Part shown: positions 14,066 to 26,784 of the stretch, piece after piece
Layout of the letters: every line of letters begins with the position of its first letter
Numbering within the stretch: the stretch's first letter is position 1
Source of the DNA: Strigamia acuminata
Taxonomy: Eukaryota
NCBI GenBank assembly: GCA_949358305.1
Contig: OX442314.1
Location: 4,216,001-4,280,000, forward strand
Direction: 5' to 3'
DNA length: 64,000 nucleotides
Notes under the pieces: generated by a model
What the model saw: the letters and a program-made list of their open reading frames with translations, nothing else
The model's database searches: none
What the model was told of the DNA's origin: nothing
Position numbers and translations under genes: made by a program

Positions 14066-15185
14066 ATTGGGCCAATATTGAACCAATATCGGGTATCTTG
14101 GGGTTCTGCTGGCCATATAAACAACCTTCAGCCAATATAGGTACAATATTGGGAACATAATATAGGCCAATATTGGGAATACGATATTGGCCTAATGTTG
14201 GCTAAGGATTAGCAAGCCAATATTGGGTTTACACGCCAGACCCAATGTTGGCCCAATATTGGCCGAAATATTGGCCCAATTTTGGCTGGCAATATTAGCC
14301 CAATATTAACTAGCCAATTGTTAGCCAATATTGGCTATCGGTAGGCAGCCATTGATTGGCCAATTTTGGGAATACAATAATGGACCAATCTGGCCACGGT
14401 CACTTAGAAATTGGAATTATCAAAAATTGACCAAATTTTTGAATTCTTCAGTGTTTTTTACACTTGTCTCTAAAAATTAGGCTGAAATATTGAGAACATA
14501 AATTTTTATGTCAAAAAATGCATTTTTGATCATTTTGTAAAAGTCTGGAACAATGTCTGGATTCTAACCAAAATAAGCATGGAGGTTTTATCATTTGTAC
14601 TTCAACACTTAATTAGTTTATCATTGCTAGAATCAGATGAAATAAAAAGTTGTATTTTACAAAATTCTTTAATTTTTTATTTTAATTATTCATCTAATGA
14701 TTGGAACACCATCCCAATTGATGTGAGTTTGTATAACTGCCTTCTGCAGATTTTGCTTTACTTTTATATTGTAGCTGTGGATCAATATTCCAATGTTTGA
14801 CTTTTACAAAGTTTTAACAAAGCCTTTTGTGATGATTTATATAAAATTTCTAAGAAATTTTTCATGGGATTAGTTTTTATTGGATTTTATATAAGGTTTT
14901 CACTGTTTTTTTTCCATTAATAAACACTGAAAATTTTAATATTTTCTGTAAATGATTAGAAATAATGGTCCACGATTGGCCTGTTTAATATTAGACCAAT
15001 ATTGGGCCAATGTCAAGATGTAAGAAAACGCCAGATTGGCCCAATATTGGTTACGAGTATTGGCCCAATATTGTTTCCCAATATTAGGCCAATCTGGCGT
15101 TTTCTTACATCTTGACATTGACCCAATATTGTGTCCCAACATTGGGCCAATATTTTAGCCAATATTGGGCCAATATTTTAGCCAC
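14066..15185. repeat. MITE-like element with arrays of the palindrome CCAATATTGG
   Basis: Dense GCCAATATTGG copies at 14066-14395 and 14975-15185. Confidence 0.6.
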
Positions 15186-15212
15186 TTATAGTCACTTATA
15201 CCAGCATGTTTC

Positions 15213-18200
15213 TGTTGTATTTGGAAATGACTGGATTCTCGTGGATGAAAATATATGAGAGGTTTTATTCGCACACGATACAAAGCGTACGCCGTCTCAT
15301 GAAAAACGAGTGACCGGAAGTACGTTCACGTTACGTCATTGGTCACAAGCGTGGAAAATACACCCAACTCCCCCTAGTGGTAGGAGACCCTCATTCGGGA
15401 TTTCAGGCACATTTGACCTGGTGACACACAATAATAACATACACCTTCTTCACCTGGTCAAAGTCAAAAAACAAAGAGATACAAAATCCATGAATGACAT
15501 TGCTAAAAACTAAAAATGGGCAAGTAAAGACAAAATACACTAGTACAATCGAAGAATAAAAGATTAAAGAGTATAACATTGATGCACAACATATGAAACT
15601 TGAAAAATATTAATCTAGTCCACACATCTTCGAACACCAGCACTGCTTCTGCAAAGTCACCGCCTTCGTCAGCATATCCGCGGCCATCTTGTCGGTTCCC
15701 GCGTGCAGTAGCTCCACTTCTCCGTTCTCGACCTCGTCCTTTATAAAACAATAGCGTAAATTAATGTGTTTCGACCGCTGATGCTGCGCCAGTCCTCGTG
15801 CCAACATCTCGGCCGACTCGCTGTCGGTGTACAGCCTCGCAGCGTCCCCCATCAATTCGCTCAGCCCCAGCTCCTCCAGAAATTTCTTGAGCCAAAGTCC
15901 CTCCTTTACCGCCTCGCTAATGGCGATGAATTCGGATTCGCAGCTCGACATCCCGACACACGTTTGCTTCGATGACTTCCATACTACGCCGGCCCCTGCA
16001 AGTAGAAAAATAAATCCAGTAGTCGATTTAGCGTCCTCGGTGTTGCAGTTCCAGCTCGCGTCCACGTATCCTGTCATCTGATCTTCGTTTCGTACGAATC
16101 GCAATTTCTTTCCTTTCGTCCCTTTCAGGTAGCGTAGAATTCTTTTCCCCATCTTCCAGTGTGACAATCCGTGGCTGTGATTGAAGCGGCACAGGAAGTG
16201 AGTCGCATACGCAATGTCGGGCCTCGTTCCCTGCACGAGGTACATTAGCGACCCCATCAGGCTCTGGTATGGCACCTCGTCTGGGTTTACATCGTCTTCG
16301 GGCTTCGGTTGGTCGTGTTTGACCATTGGCGTCGATACTGGCTTGCATGGTCCCATCTGGAAACTTTCTAGCACCTCCTCGATATAGGCTTCCTGCGACA
16401 CGGTGATCGATCCATTTTCGATGTCGCATTCTACGTCAAGCCCCAAGATTCTTGTCGGTGTGCCCAAATCCTTGATTTCGACCGATTTTCTCAGCAAATC
16501 CGCCGTCCAATTTTCGATCCCGATATTCGACGTCACATTCAGCATGTCGTCGACGAAAATCCCCAGTATTGTTGTCCCGCTTGCGTTGTTAAGCACGTAC
16601 ACGCCTTCGTCCGCGTACAGTCGCCGAAATCCATTCTTTCGGAGTATTTTGTCGAGCGTCAGGTACCACGTGCGCCCGGCTTGCTTGAGTCCGTAGATGG
16701 CTTTTAGAAGCTCGCACACCCACTCTTCTCGGTCTCGCTCTTCGTTCCCGGGTGGCTGTTCCATATACACCTTCTCAAGCAGTTTCCCGTGTAGGTACGC
16801 TGTTTTCACGTCGTATTGTCGTACTCGCCAATTTTGTTGGACAGCGATGGCTAGGAGTAGTCGCAGGCTGGCGAGTCGCATCACGGGCGAGTATGTGTCT
16901 TCGTAGTCCAGTCCCGGCCGTTGCCCGCATCCGACGGCCACCAATCTGGCTTTGTAACGCTCGATCTCGCCCTGCTGGTTCTTCTTGATTTTAAAGACCC
17001 ATCTTGACTTCAGCACATTTGTTGCAACGGCTCTTTTCACCAGTCTCCACGTCTTGAATTCCTCGTGAGATTTTAGTTCCTCCTGGATCGCGCTTTCCCA
17101 CTTCTTGTGTTCCGGGGAGTCCTGCGCTTGGACCACGGTGTTTGGCTCGACGTGCTTCACGCTCTTGCAGTATGTGGCGCCTCTTGGCTGCACCACCAGT
17201 CGGTCTGGCTTCTTCTTGATGCGCTTTGATTTGCGTGTTGTCGTGTTTTCGTTAGCTTCTTCGTCGTCTCTGTCACCGTTTCCAGTGGTGGACTCCTCGT
17301 CTTCGGTGGCACCGTTGTCCGTTTCGTTGGGCTCTGAATTGTCTGTTGTCTGCTCCCCGGTCTCTTGCTCGGCGTCGTACGGCGATACGAAATTCGAACC
17401 TTGAGGCGAAGTCAGCATTTCTCCGCCCCATCTCGCCTCGTTGAATTTCAAGTCGCGTGTCGGCTCTAGCTTCTCAGTTTTCGGGTCGTAGACTCGGTAG
17501 CCCTTTCTGTTGACGCAGTAACCCATAAAAATGACAGGTTTCGACTTCGCGTCCAATTTCTTTCGTTTGGAATTATGGATCCACATCTGCGCAGCACAGC
17601 CAAATATTCGAAAATAGCCAACTTGCTGCTTCCGTCCGCTCCAAAGTTCTTGTGGAATCTTGTCCCCGTTTCCTCTTGTCGAGCATCTGTTGCGCACGTG
17701 TGCGGCCGTCGCGACTGCCTCCGCCCAGAATTTGGAAGGCAAAGCCGCCGCCGTCAGCATCGTGCGTGCTGCCTCCATCAGCGTTCTGTTGCCGCGTTCA
17801 GCGATGCCGTTTTGGGCAGGTGAGAATGGCACCGTAAGCTCGTGGTGGACGCCGTTTGATTTCATGAACTCGTCCATTTCGTGGTTGACGAACTCGCCCC
17901 CGTTGTCGGACCGGATACGTTTAAGTTTCGTGTCGGTTTCGCGTTCCACAGCCGCCACAAACTCCTTAAAGTTCTCGAAAACGTCCGACTTCGACCTAAT
18001 AAAATAGACAAACATCTTGCGACTGAAGTCGTCTATTAGCAAAAACAAATATCGACTGCCGCCAATCGTCTCTGTCAGCGGTCCGCACAGGTCCATGTGC
18101 ACGAGTTCCAATATTTTGGTCGATTGGTCGCTCACGATCGTTTTGAATGGTTTTCTGGCCATTTTCCCGGCTGCACACTCGTCGCATGCCCGCCCGTCCT

Positions 18201-19956
18201 TCTGTATTGGCCCCAAACCGTAAACTGCACCTGTTTCGTGCATTTTCGCCAGTGTTGCCGTGTTCAAATGGCACATTCGGTTGTGCCACACATCGATCTC
18301 GGTCGACTGTTGGCACGTGTTAGCTTGCGCGGTCACCACGGTCTCCACGTTCAGTCTATACACGTCCCCGATCTTCGTAGCAGTCATTATCACTCGGTCC
18401 CCGCTCGATATCGTACACTTCCCGCTTCCGAAAGCAACGAGTAAACCCGCGTCGTCGAGTTTTGGCACCGAAATCAAATTGTCATTTAAATCAGGAATGT
18501 ACAGTACCTCCTTCGCGACCAAGTCAGCGTCGTTCGTAATGAATTTCACGTTCCCGCAGCCCATGATTGGGATTTGGCGCCCATCTGCCAGCGTCACCTT
18601 TCGACTTCCGTCATCTGCCACGAACGATTCGAAAAAGTCCCTGTTCGCCGTCATGTGCCTCGTCGCCCCAGAGTCGAGGTTCCATTGCCGTCCTTCCGTT
18701 TGGTCGATTCTGACCTGAAAAGCAAATTCTGGTCGGGCTTTCACAGCTTTGGCGTTGGCGTCTGGCTGCTGGTCCCTCCTCGCGTTTGTTTTGGTCTGCT
18801 TGGAATTATTTTGGCGTCTCCCGTCGTTCTCCTTCTGGCCGCGACAATCTCTGGCCATGTGCCCGAATTTTTGGCAATTGAAACACTTCACGTGTTTTAG
18901 GTCTCGTTTTCCGTCGTGGTCACCGCTTCGTTCGCCGCCCCGATAGTTGTTCTTCGTGCGGCTGGACAGGTTCACTTTATGCAGTTTCTCGACCACTTCA
19001 TCGTCTCCAGTTTGTCGCGATTCCTCCTGTATGATCATGTGCCGCAGCTTGACCATCGTCACCTCATCTTCGTCGCACATGTCAAACGCTCTCTGGATGC
19101 TGTGGTATGCTTTTGGCAGGTTTTGTATTATTAAAGTTCCCACCTCTTGCTCCGAAATTTCGCCGCCAACAGCTCGTAACTGGTTCACCGTCGACTCCAC
19201 ACGTTGCAGGAACTTCGTGGACGTCTCAGCTTTTTCCCACCTCGTTTTGGTCAGCTCTCGACGCAAAATAGTCTGTCTTTGGCGCGCTCGCCCTCGGTGG
19301 ATTTCCTCCAGTTTCTCCCAGCATTCGCGTGCCGTGTCTTTGTTTATCACGTACACTGTCTGCGCTGGCGACAAGGCCTGGACGATCGCGTTCATGGCCT
19401 TTTCGTCCTTGCCACGCCACGCGTTTCTCGCCGCCGCAGGTCCGTTTACAGGTGCCTCGTCGACGATGACCGTCCACCATTCCGACTTCTTCAGGAATAC
19501 TCGCATTTTGAACGCCCACGTGGCGTAGTTTTCATCCTCCAGTTTTTCGATCCTCATCGCATCTCTGTCCGCCATTTTTGAAGGTTGATGGGCGATCTAC
19601 CACGTGTTGGAAATTAGGCCTAACGTCTCGTGGTCCGGTCAGTGGTCACTCCTTCGTCAAAACGCCCGGAAAAGTCGATACGAGATGCAAAAACTCACGC
19701 AGTGTTAGATGCTGTGGCCCATAACCCTTTGTTGTATTTGGAAATGACTGGATTCTCGTGGATGAAAATATATGAGAGGTTTTATTCGCACACGATACAA
19801 AGCGTACGCCGTCTCATGAAAAACGAGTGACCGGAAGTACGTTCACGTTACGTCATTGGTCACAAGCGTGGAAAATACACCCAACTTCCCCTAGTGGTAG
19901 GAGACCCTCATTCGGGATTTCAGGCACATTTGACCTGGTGACACACAATAATAACA
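15213..19956 (-). mobile_element. Intact Ty1/copia LTR retrotransposon
   Basis: 227-bp TG..CA LTRs at 15213-15439 and 19730-19956, one substitution seen; 5-bp TSD GTTTC; PBS GGGTTATGGGCC (tRNA-iMet half type) at ~19712-19727; PPT GGTGAAGAAGGTGTA at ~15440-15454. Confidence 0.98.
15610..19575 (-). CDS. Copia Gag-Pol polyprotein, 1321 aa
   Basis: Gag, CCHC (CFNCQKFGHMARDC), protease LDSGAT, integrase (WHNRMCH..C..C, HMD, RSDNGGEF, NGIAER), RT (YKARLVA, YGLKQA, FVDD), RNase H (YVDASW) in copia order; uninterrupted. Confidence 0.98.
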   Translation of the reverse strand: MADRDAMRIEKLEDENYATWAFKMRVFLKKSEWWTVIVDEAPVNGPAAARNAWRGKDEKAMNAIVQALSPAQTVYVINKDTARECWEKLEEIHRGRARQRQTILRRELTKTRWEKAETSTKFLQRVESTVNQLRAVGGEISEQEVGTLIIQNLPKAYHSIQRAFDMCDEDEVTMVKLRHMIIQEESRQTGDDEVVEKLHKVNLSSRTKNNYRGGERSGDHDGKRDLKHVKCFNCQKFGHMARDCRGQKENDGRRQNNSKQTKTNARRDQQPDANAKAVKARPEFAFQVRIDQTEGRQWNLDSGATRHMTANRDFFESFVADDGSRKVTLADGRQIPIMGCGNVKFITNDADLVAKEVLYIPDLNDNLISVPKLDDAGLLVAFGSGKCTISSGDRVIMTATKIGDVYRLNVETVVTAQANTCQQSTEIDVWHNRMCHLNTATLAKMHETGAVYGLGPIQKDGRACDECAAGKMARKPFKTIVSDQSTKILELVHMDLCGPLTETIGGSRYLFLLIDDFSRKMFVYFIRSKSDVFENFKEFVAAVERETDTKLKRIRSDNGGEFVNHEMDEFMKSNGVHHELTVPFSPAQNGIAERGNRTLMEAARTMLTAAALPSKFWAEAVATAAHVRNRCSTRGNGDKIPQELWSGRKQQVGYFRIFGCAAQMWIHNSKRKKLDAKSKPVIFMGYCVNRKGYRVYDPKTEKLEPTRDLKFNEARWGGEMLTSPQGSNFVSPYDAEQETGEQTTDNSEPNETDNGATEDEESTTGNGDRDDEEANENTTTRKSKRIKKKPDRLVVQPRGATYCKSVKHVEPNTVVQAQDSPEHKKWESAIQEELKSHEEFKTWRLVKRAVATNVLKSRWVFKIKKNQQGEIERYKARLVAVGCGQRPGLDYEDTYSPVMRLASLRLLLAIAVQQNWRVRQYDVKTAYLHGKLLEKVYMEQPPGNEERDREEWVCELLKAIYGLKQAGRTWYLTLDKILRKNGFRRLYADEGVYVLNNASGTTILGIFVDDMLNVTSNIGIENWTADLLRKSVEIKDLGTPTRILGLDVECDIENGSITVSQEAYIEEVLESFQMGPCKPVSTPMVKHDQPKPEDDVNPDEVPYQSLMGSLMYLVQGTRPDIAYATHFLCRFNHSHGLSHWKMGKRILRYLKGTKGKKLRFVRNEDQMTGYVDASWNCNTEDAKSTTGFIFLLAGAGVVWKSSKQTCVGMSSCESEFIAISEAVKEGLWLKKFLEELGLSELMGDAARLYTDSESAEMLARGLAQHQRSKHINLRYCFIKDEVENGEVELLHAGTDKMAADMLTKAVTLQKQCWCSKMCGLD

Positions 19957-20193
19957 GTTTCGCCTTGTACCGGCATGCCGGTATAAACTTTTTGTACGCA
20001 ATTTTAAAAACCTGGTAAACCCATGCCCAACGGCATGCCGCTTTATGTGAGGTAATATGATAGTTGCAGAAATATTCAACTGTAAACACTTTATTGAATC
20101 ACCCTGAACATTATATAAATGTAAGCTGTAGGCCTGTATACGTATATTTCTGCTTAAAAGTAAAACAAAAATTAATCTTTCCCTTATGGTTAG

Positions 20194-20285
20194 ACGAGGA
20201 TTCTAGTAAATCGTTTGTTGGAAAATCATTAACAGTCAATTTTGAAAATGTTTATGACGATTTCTGCCCGTTTTCTGGATACCGG
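20194..20285 (+). CDS. DEG/ENaC exon 3
   Basis: ggttag acceptor in phase 1; EDSSKSFVGKSLTVNFENVYDDFCPFSGYR; CGG|GTAATA donor, phase 0. Confidence 0.7.
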
Positions 20286-20310
20286 GTAATATTACACAAA
20301 AATACTTGTA

Positions 20311-21290
20311 CAATCGTGGCCATAAAAATTGTCGCATTCTGCTTGCTGCTGGAATTGAAATGATTAATTTCAATTTTTGCCACAAGGGTGATTGGATAAG
20401 TCTATTATCTAGGGTGGGTGATTGTTTCAGCTGTTATATTTGTTGTATTACACTCGTTCATTTGCATTATAAAATTTTGCAAAAAAAATACTAAATATAG
20501 CCTCTCATCTATAAAAATGACTTATTTTCTAAGAAATTGCAATTTTGCAGATAAACAATTATCTTGGTCATATAAATTGAGTATTTTTATAACTAAAAAT
20601 GGCTTTTTTTAATTAAAATTCAGCATTTTTGCACAGAAATTCAGCATTTTTGCACAGAAAATCAGCACTTTTGCACAGAAAATCAGCACTTTTGCACAGA
20701 AATTCAGCATTTTTGCACAGAAATTCAGCATTTTTGCACAGAAAATCACCATTTTTGCACAGAAATTCAGCATTTTTGCACTGAAATTCCCCATTTTTGC
20801 ACAGAAATTCACCATTTTTGCACAGAAATTCACCATTTTTGCACAGAAATTCACCATTTTTGCACAGAAATTCACCATTTTTGCACAGAAATTCACCATT
20901 TTTGCACAGAAATTCACCATTTTTGCACAGAAATTCACCATTTTAGCACAAAAATCCTGCTATATTGTGATAGTTTTACGACCACCTTTATTCAGATTTC
21001 AAATTAAACATTTTTTAAATTTTAAGTTACAAAGCAACGTAATTCGAATTTTTTTTTTTTTTTTTTTCTGTTTTAAACCCAAGGATTCAGAAAATCTTAT
21101 CAAAATGACAGCTATTTATTTGTTACCGTATTAGGAATGAAGTCTGATCAGTTGCAGCTAGTTAGGTGTGATCCCTAAAAAGAGTAGACTTGACCAATCG
21201 CTCTGGTGGCTGCAATTGTAACTAGTCAGTCTCAACTTGAGCAGCAAGCTGAGCATGACTAGCCAGCGACAATTTTAATGGCCAGGATTG
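20311..21290. mobile_element. Tc1-like MITE (TA TSD) carrying a 21-bp minisatellite
   Basis: TA-CAATCGTGGCCATAAAAATTGTCGC...GCGACAATTTTAATGGCCAGGATTG-TA. Confidence 0.8.
20635..20950. repeat. 21-bp minisatellite (AAATTCA[C/G]CATTTTTGCACAG)n
   Basis: About 15 tandem units. Confidence 0.95.
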
Positions 21291-21339
21291 TACATGCCAA
21301 TGACAACACATTTCTGATAATTCTTTCCTTTTTGCTTAG

Positions 21340-21432
21340 ATTATGTTGACAGTGTACAATTTTGGAAAATTCCTCTTCAATATGTATAAACCCGATGGTG
21401 GAACAATGAACATCAATTTGGGTTATGACAAA
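21340..21432 (+). CDS. DEG/ENaC exon 4
   Basis: Polypyrimidine tract + ttag; IMLTVYNFGKFLFNMYKPDGGTMNINLGYDK; phase 0-0; parallels exon 9. Confidence 0.75.
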
Positions 21433-21446
21433 GTAACAAAAACTTT

Positions 21447-21942
21447 CCAACAGCGAATCACTTAAGGGCGAATTTCCAAAATTTGCCATTGGAAAGCTAT
21501 TTTGACGTTTCCAATGGCGAATCTGGGAAAATTCGCCATTGGAAACGTGTATGTTGAAATTCGCCATTGGAAACGTTATTTGCGTTTCCAATGGCGAATC
21601 TGTGGGCGTCATCTACCACGACTTCCAATTCCTAAGTAGGGCTAACAAGGGGGGGCTGCAATCCCCCTTGACCCCCCTCCTCGCAAACCTAACCGTACTG
21701 GTTTTTTGGTGCAAAATTATTTTTTTGGGGCGGCTTGTCAAGGCAGATTCATGTCGCGGTAGATGTGCGCCCCTGTGGCTAATTTCTACCAATTCGCCAT
21801 TAGAAAGGTTCAAATACGTTCCCAATGGCGAATTGGGAGAAATTTGCCAATGGGACTGCTTTTGGACAGAATAAGATAGAAATTCGCCATTCGTCCGAAT
21901 GGCCAGATTCGTCCTTAGGCGGTTCGCTGTTGGAACGGCACC
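21447..21942. mobile_element. MITE with TTCGCCATTGGAA repeats, copy 1
   Basis: TCCAACAGCGAA...TTCGCTGTTGGAA TIRs; CAAAAACTT on both sides; inverted copy at 48286-48789. Confidence 0.85.
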
Positions 21943-21993
21943 CCAAAAACTTGATTAAAACTGGCATCTAATTCAGTCTATTTAAAATTTTAG

Positions 21994-22100
21994 TATGTAT
22001 TTCTCAACTCCTCAAGAGATCCTTGCTCCGATGAAAACGAATTCAGAGATTGCTACCAAAAGTGCTTGTTTAAAGCATTGGAAAACAAACTGACCTGCAG
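21994..22100 (+). CDS. DEG/ENaC exon 5 (Cys-rich thumb)
   Basis: YVFLNSSRDPCSDENEFRDCYQKCLFKALENKLTC; CAG|GTAAAA donor in phase 2, matching exon 6. Confidence 0.88.
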
Positions 22101-22935
22101 GTAAAATCTTTTATTGCATCTGGTTTTTGTCCAAACCACCAAACCCGGTGATAAGCTAAGGTGAGGCTAAAAAAATTACGAACAGATGGGATTTGTTTTT
22201 TTTGAAATCATCTCATCATCTTAGGGTTTTCTAACCGATTCCAATCATTTTTTTTACGTAAAAATAACCAATATACATTGTTTTTTATTTTTTTAATTTT
22301 TGTCGTAATTAACTAAATGAAAAAATACTTAGCTTCAAAAAATTATGACCAGTAGGTTAACAATGACTTACGACAATGTAGGCAATGATTTAGTGCCATG
22401 TAATACCCAATAAAGTTACCCTGCTATAGGATAACTTTGTATACCCTGTCAGACATGGAATTAATTAGTGGTTTTAATGTGGAAATGGAGATTTCATCCC
22501 ATACTGCCAAAATTGCTTTTTTAAGGTCTTAGAGTGATGTGTACTGTTTCCCATCCCTGTGAACAGACCGGACCATAGTTCCTCTATAAAGTTTATGGTG
22601 GTGACATACACGTCGTGCTCCGTGTCACCAGCATTAGGTCTGGGCTGCATGGTGGCCAGTCCATAAGGTCAATTTTCTCGGTTTTAAACCATTCTAAAGT
22701 ACTCCCAGCTTTGTGGACTGGGACATTGACTTTCTGAAAGGTCGCTTTTCTGTCTTTGAGTCTAGTTTTGTAGGGTAGTAAATGTTTCTGCAGCATATCC
22801 TGATGTGTATTTGCATACATCCTTCCAGAAGTTAAAGCTACAGATGTTTTTCCTTAAAACTGTAACTACCCCATATCAAGACAATTCCTCCACCTTTGAA
22901 AAATACTCCTCTTCTTTACCTAAATTATGCCAATA

Positions 22936-23490
22936 CAGTCGAAACTCTTTATAACGAATCGCAAGGGACCGGACGAATCGATTCGTTATAACGAGAACTC
23001 GTTAAAACGAATTAGTTGAAAAAATCAAATTTTAGCACCAAGCACTATTTTTTTTGTAAACCTTGATTACCACTTGCAAGTTTCATGTTAATTTTATCCC
23101 GATTCCTTAAAATTGTTGAAATTGTAGAACGGGGACAAATTAAACTCCTCTGCTACAATTGATGGCTTCTTGGCATTGTCAATGGCATCAATAATGTTCA
23201 GCTTGTCGTGAATCGAAATTGCCTTTCATTTGGCAGACATTTTCATTTTCCATTGTTTTCTAAATATGGGCATCGAATGTTGTGAGTGATGTGATCAGTT
23301 TTGAAAATTCGTTATAACGAGAGCTTATGGGTATTATAGTGTACCTGAAAACTTGTTTGTTATAACGAATAATTCGTTATAATGAAAATATTTAATATGG
23401 TGTTCTATGGCTGGCCAACCAAGTCATTTCCAATAATTCGTTATAGCGATAATTTGTTATATCGCGATTCGTTATAAAGAGTTTCGACTG
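22936..23490. mobile_element. TA-flanked MITE (pogo/Tigger-like), copy 2, nested in the Tc1 relic
   Basis: TA-CAGTCGAAACTCTTTATAACGAATC...GATTCGTTATAAAGAGTTTCGACTG-TA. Confidence 0.92.
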
Positions 23491-23592
23491 TAGTATTTAT
23501 TGCCATCTGGACCATTAAGGTTGAACTTTTTTCATCACTGCAAATTATTTTTTTACATTCTGCATCCTTGGTTTGATATTTTTGAACTCACT

Positions 23593-24018
23593 TGTTAAAT
23601 TTGAAAAAATCAATTGCTGTTCAAACTTATCAATAAATTTCTTAAGTCCTTGGATACCAATGATGGGTTCTAAAATGGTGTCTTGAGCGGAGAGAAGTAG
23701 AAACAACCACACACTTTAAAGGCAAAAGTAACACTGTTTATTCCTAAGCAAGAAAAGAAGGAAAAAAGGTTTTAAAATGAAATAACCCACTAGAGTTCCA
23801 AAAAAGTGAGGGGTCAAATATAAGTGACCTATACCAATTAAAGTGTTGGTATAGGAGGGTGAATGACACACTCAAACATGTAACTAGCATAAATCACTAA
23901 AATAGAAAATTACAAACAATAATATTAAATTTACTCAAATTAAATAAACACTTGAATCAAATATAACAAATTGTAAATAGCAAATACAATTCACTTGTAA
24001 AATCATCCGATTTTCACA
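23593..24018. mobile_element. Solo LTR nested in the Tc1 relic (same family as 51540-52049)
   Basis: TGTTAAA...CCGATTTTCACA; near-TSD TCACT/CCACT. Confidence 0.75.
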
Positions 24019-25096
24019 CCACTTTAATCTGTCTTCTTTGTGCTTCTTTTTCAGAAATACAAAGTAACATCTACTTACAATTGTCATTTTTCTGCAAAAC
24101 TCGAGTAACTGTGGTTTTTGGTACATCACACTCAATTCACTAGCAATTTTTTAAGTAGACTGACATTTGTTTACAACTAAATAGAAAATCCGCCACGGAT
24201 CATGTTGTTTCAGTTTGCTTTTTCTCCTACACTTCTTTCTCCCAGTCAAACTTCTTTTGCCATTGATGTATTGTCATATGGTAGACCTTGCTCTATTCAA
24301 CCGACTTGCATTTACACTAAGAAAGACTTCAAATTACTATGGTATCAATTTTGGCAGCATGGGATGAAATCCCCATTTCCACATTAAAATCACTAGTTAA
24401 TTCCATGTCTGCAGGGTATACAAAGTTATCCAATAACAGGGTAACTTTATTGGGTATTACATGGCACTAAAGCACTGCTTACATTGCCAGAAATCATTGT
24501 TAACCTACTGTTCATAATTTTTTGAACTTATGTATTGTCACGCTGTAGAGCCGTACCGTTTGCCGGCTGGCTCTTACGCGCATTTTGATGTATTTTAGTA
24601 TAATAAATCATCAATAGCTGGCGCTAAGCGCTAATGACAATCACAGACTAATCAACTTGTTTGGATAGGGGGAACAGAATGTTTCTTAATGAATAACAGA
24701 ACTTAGAAAAATAATATCTGCTCGAGCTCTCACTCTGGTTACTATTGACTAGTTTATAGATTGATAGTAGACCAGACTCTTCAGTTTAAACCCATAAACA
24801 CATCATCCTTATTTCTTTACTTATTATGTTTAGTCTTATTTTGATCTTAGTTAAATTTGATTTGATTTGATTTGACAAATGAAAGTTTGGCTGACGACCC
24901 AAATTGACAATATTGGCCATTTCCGGTGAAACGGCCACCAAAGGACTGAATAGAACAATGGCCAAAAATCGGGTTGATCGAAGGGCTTATCCTAATCTTA
25001 ATATTGTGATCCCTTCCCTAAACATAAACAGAAAGTGAATGTCAGATAAAGAGAGAGTAGACCCTGCTAGGATTATGTCGATTATGATCCTAATTC

Positions 25097-26755
25097 GATT
25101 CCACGACACCACCGCCAATGCACAATCGCCAACACTTTAACCGCCAAGTCAAAACCGCCAAAACAATACCGCCAAACCCATTACCGCCAAACCCATTACC
25201 GCCAAACCCATTACCGCCAAACCATTACCGCCAATACAACCGGCGCCAATGGTAACAACAGCCAATGACCGCCAATGACCGCCAAAGACCCGAAATGGTC
25301 GAAATTGACTCAAGTTTGTCAAAATAACAAAAAACAACAGAAAATAAACGAATATACTGGTACATATTTTGTTATTAAAATAAATTGTTGAAACCATAGA
25401 AACTTTCAAAAAAAGATTTTTTATCATAAAAAATAGCAAGAAACTGACCTTTTTTGGTTAAAAACAACATAAAATGGTACATTTTGGTTCAGAATCAAGT
25501 GGCAAAATTCTACAAAGCATTCCAAAACCTAAAAAATAAATCTAAAAACCATTGTTTGCCCGACAAACGACACGCGCAAAGCACCGCCGATACGGCTTTC
25601 CGGCAAAACAAATGAAAGAATTACCTAAACGTTTTCAGGCAGAATTAACTCATTTACACCAAAATAAATTGAATTACCGAACAAATGGGCTCAAAAAGAA
25701 CTTTTTTTACACCAAAAATGACAAGAAAACGAAGATAAAGACCGTTTCTTCTAGGAATGGAGTGGTAAAAACACCACAAACCATTCCAACTTCAGTAAAA
25801 AGAATTTTGAGCATGTTTTCCGCCAGTTTCGACCACATGGTTTATTGCCAAACGAATCGAAAAATTGTCACAAAACAACCGTTTTTAATAATTTTTAATA
25901 ATTTTAATAATTTTTGTATGTTTTCGTTACGTTTTTGGACGTTTTCGTACGTTTCGACCAATTTCTGTCATTTTGACCCATTTTTTGTTATTTTGAGTAG
26001 GCTTGTGCGATTAATTTTTGTCGCGAATGCGATTGCGATATTGGATTGTTGCGACTTTTTTGCGATATATTGCATTCGCGATATATCGCGATATAATCGC
26101 AATAATCGCAATAATCGCAATAATCGCAATAATCGCAATAATCGCAATAATTCGCAATAATTCGCAATAATCGCAATAATTCGCAATAATTCGCAATAAT
26201 CGCAATATCAAGATATCGCAATATCGCAAGATAACGCAATTTATCGCAATTGATTGAATTTATTTGCTAAAAAAAGTTTATTTAAAACCAAATTGAAATA
26301 ACAAATGTGAAAAGAAAAGAAAATTTAGCATTGTTGGTCCACCCACACTCCATCTATATGCGATTTTTGTTAAATCACAATAATCGCAATAATCGCAATA
26401 ATTCGCAATAATTCGCAATAATTCGCAATAATTCGCATGTGCGATATATCGCAAACAACAGCTAGTGAATTAAATAGCTGCGATATTCAATCAAAAAAAA
26501 ATCGCATTGCAATTAATTGCAAATTCGCACATGCTTAATTTTGAGCCATTTTGGGGCATTGGCTGTTGTTACCATTGGCGCCGGTTGTATTGGCGGTAAT
26601 GGTTTGGCGGTAATGGGTTTGGCGGTAATGGTTTGGCGGTAATGGGTTTGGCGGTAATGGTTTGGCGGTAATGGGTTTGGCGGTATTGTTTTGGCGGTTT
26701 TGACTTGGCGGTCAAAGTGTTGGCGGTTGTGCATTGGCGGTAGTGTCGTGCTACG
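25097..26755. mobile_element. Non-autonomous MULE-like element
   Basis: Long TIRs built of ACCGCCAA repeats (25102-25270 vs 26555-26750); 9-bp TSD TCCTAATTC. Confidence 0.85.
25998..26537. mobile_element. hAT-like MITE nested in the MULE-like element, with an (AATCGCAAT)n array
   Basis: TAGGCTTGTGCGA...TCGCACATGCTTA; 8-bp TSD ATTTTGAG. Confidence 0.85.
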
Positions 26756-26784
26756 TCCTAATTCAATTGTCATTTTTTTTTTAG

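Larger units (their letters stand above)
22327..24534 (-). mobile_element. Decayed Tc1/Tc3-like transposon with ~200-bp TIRs and two nested insertions
   Basis: TIRs 22327-22520 vs 24345-24534; minus-strand peptides DWPPCSPDL and SDEKK..NLNGPDG. Confidence 0.85.

Noticed and set aside
20635..20950. CRISPR-like array
   Set aside because: Head-to-tail repeats without unique spacers, no cas genes, eukaryotic context
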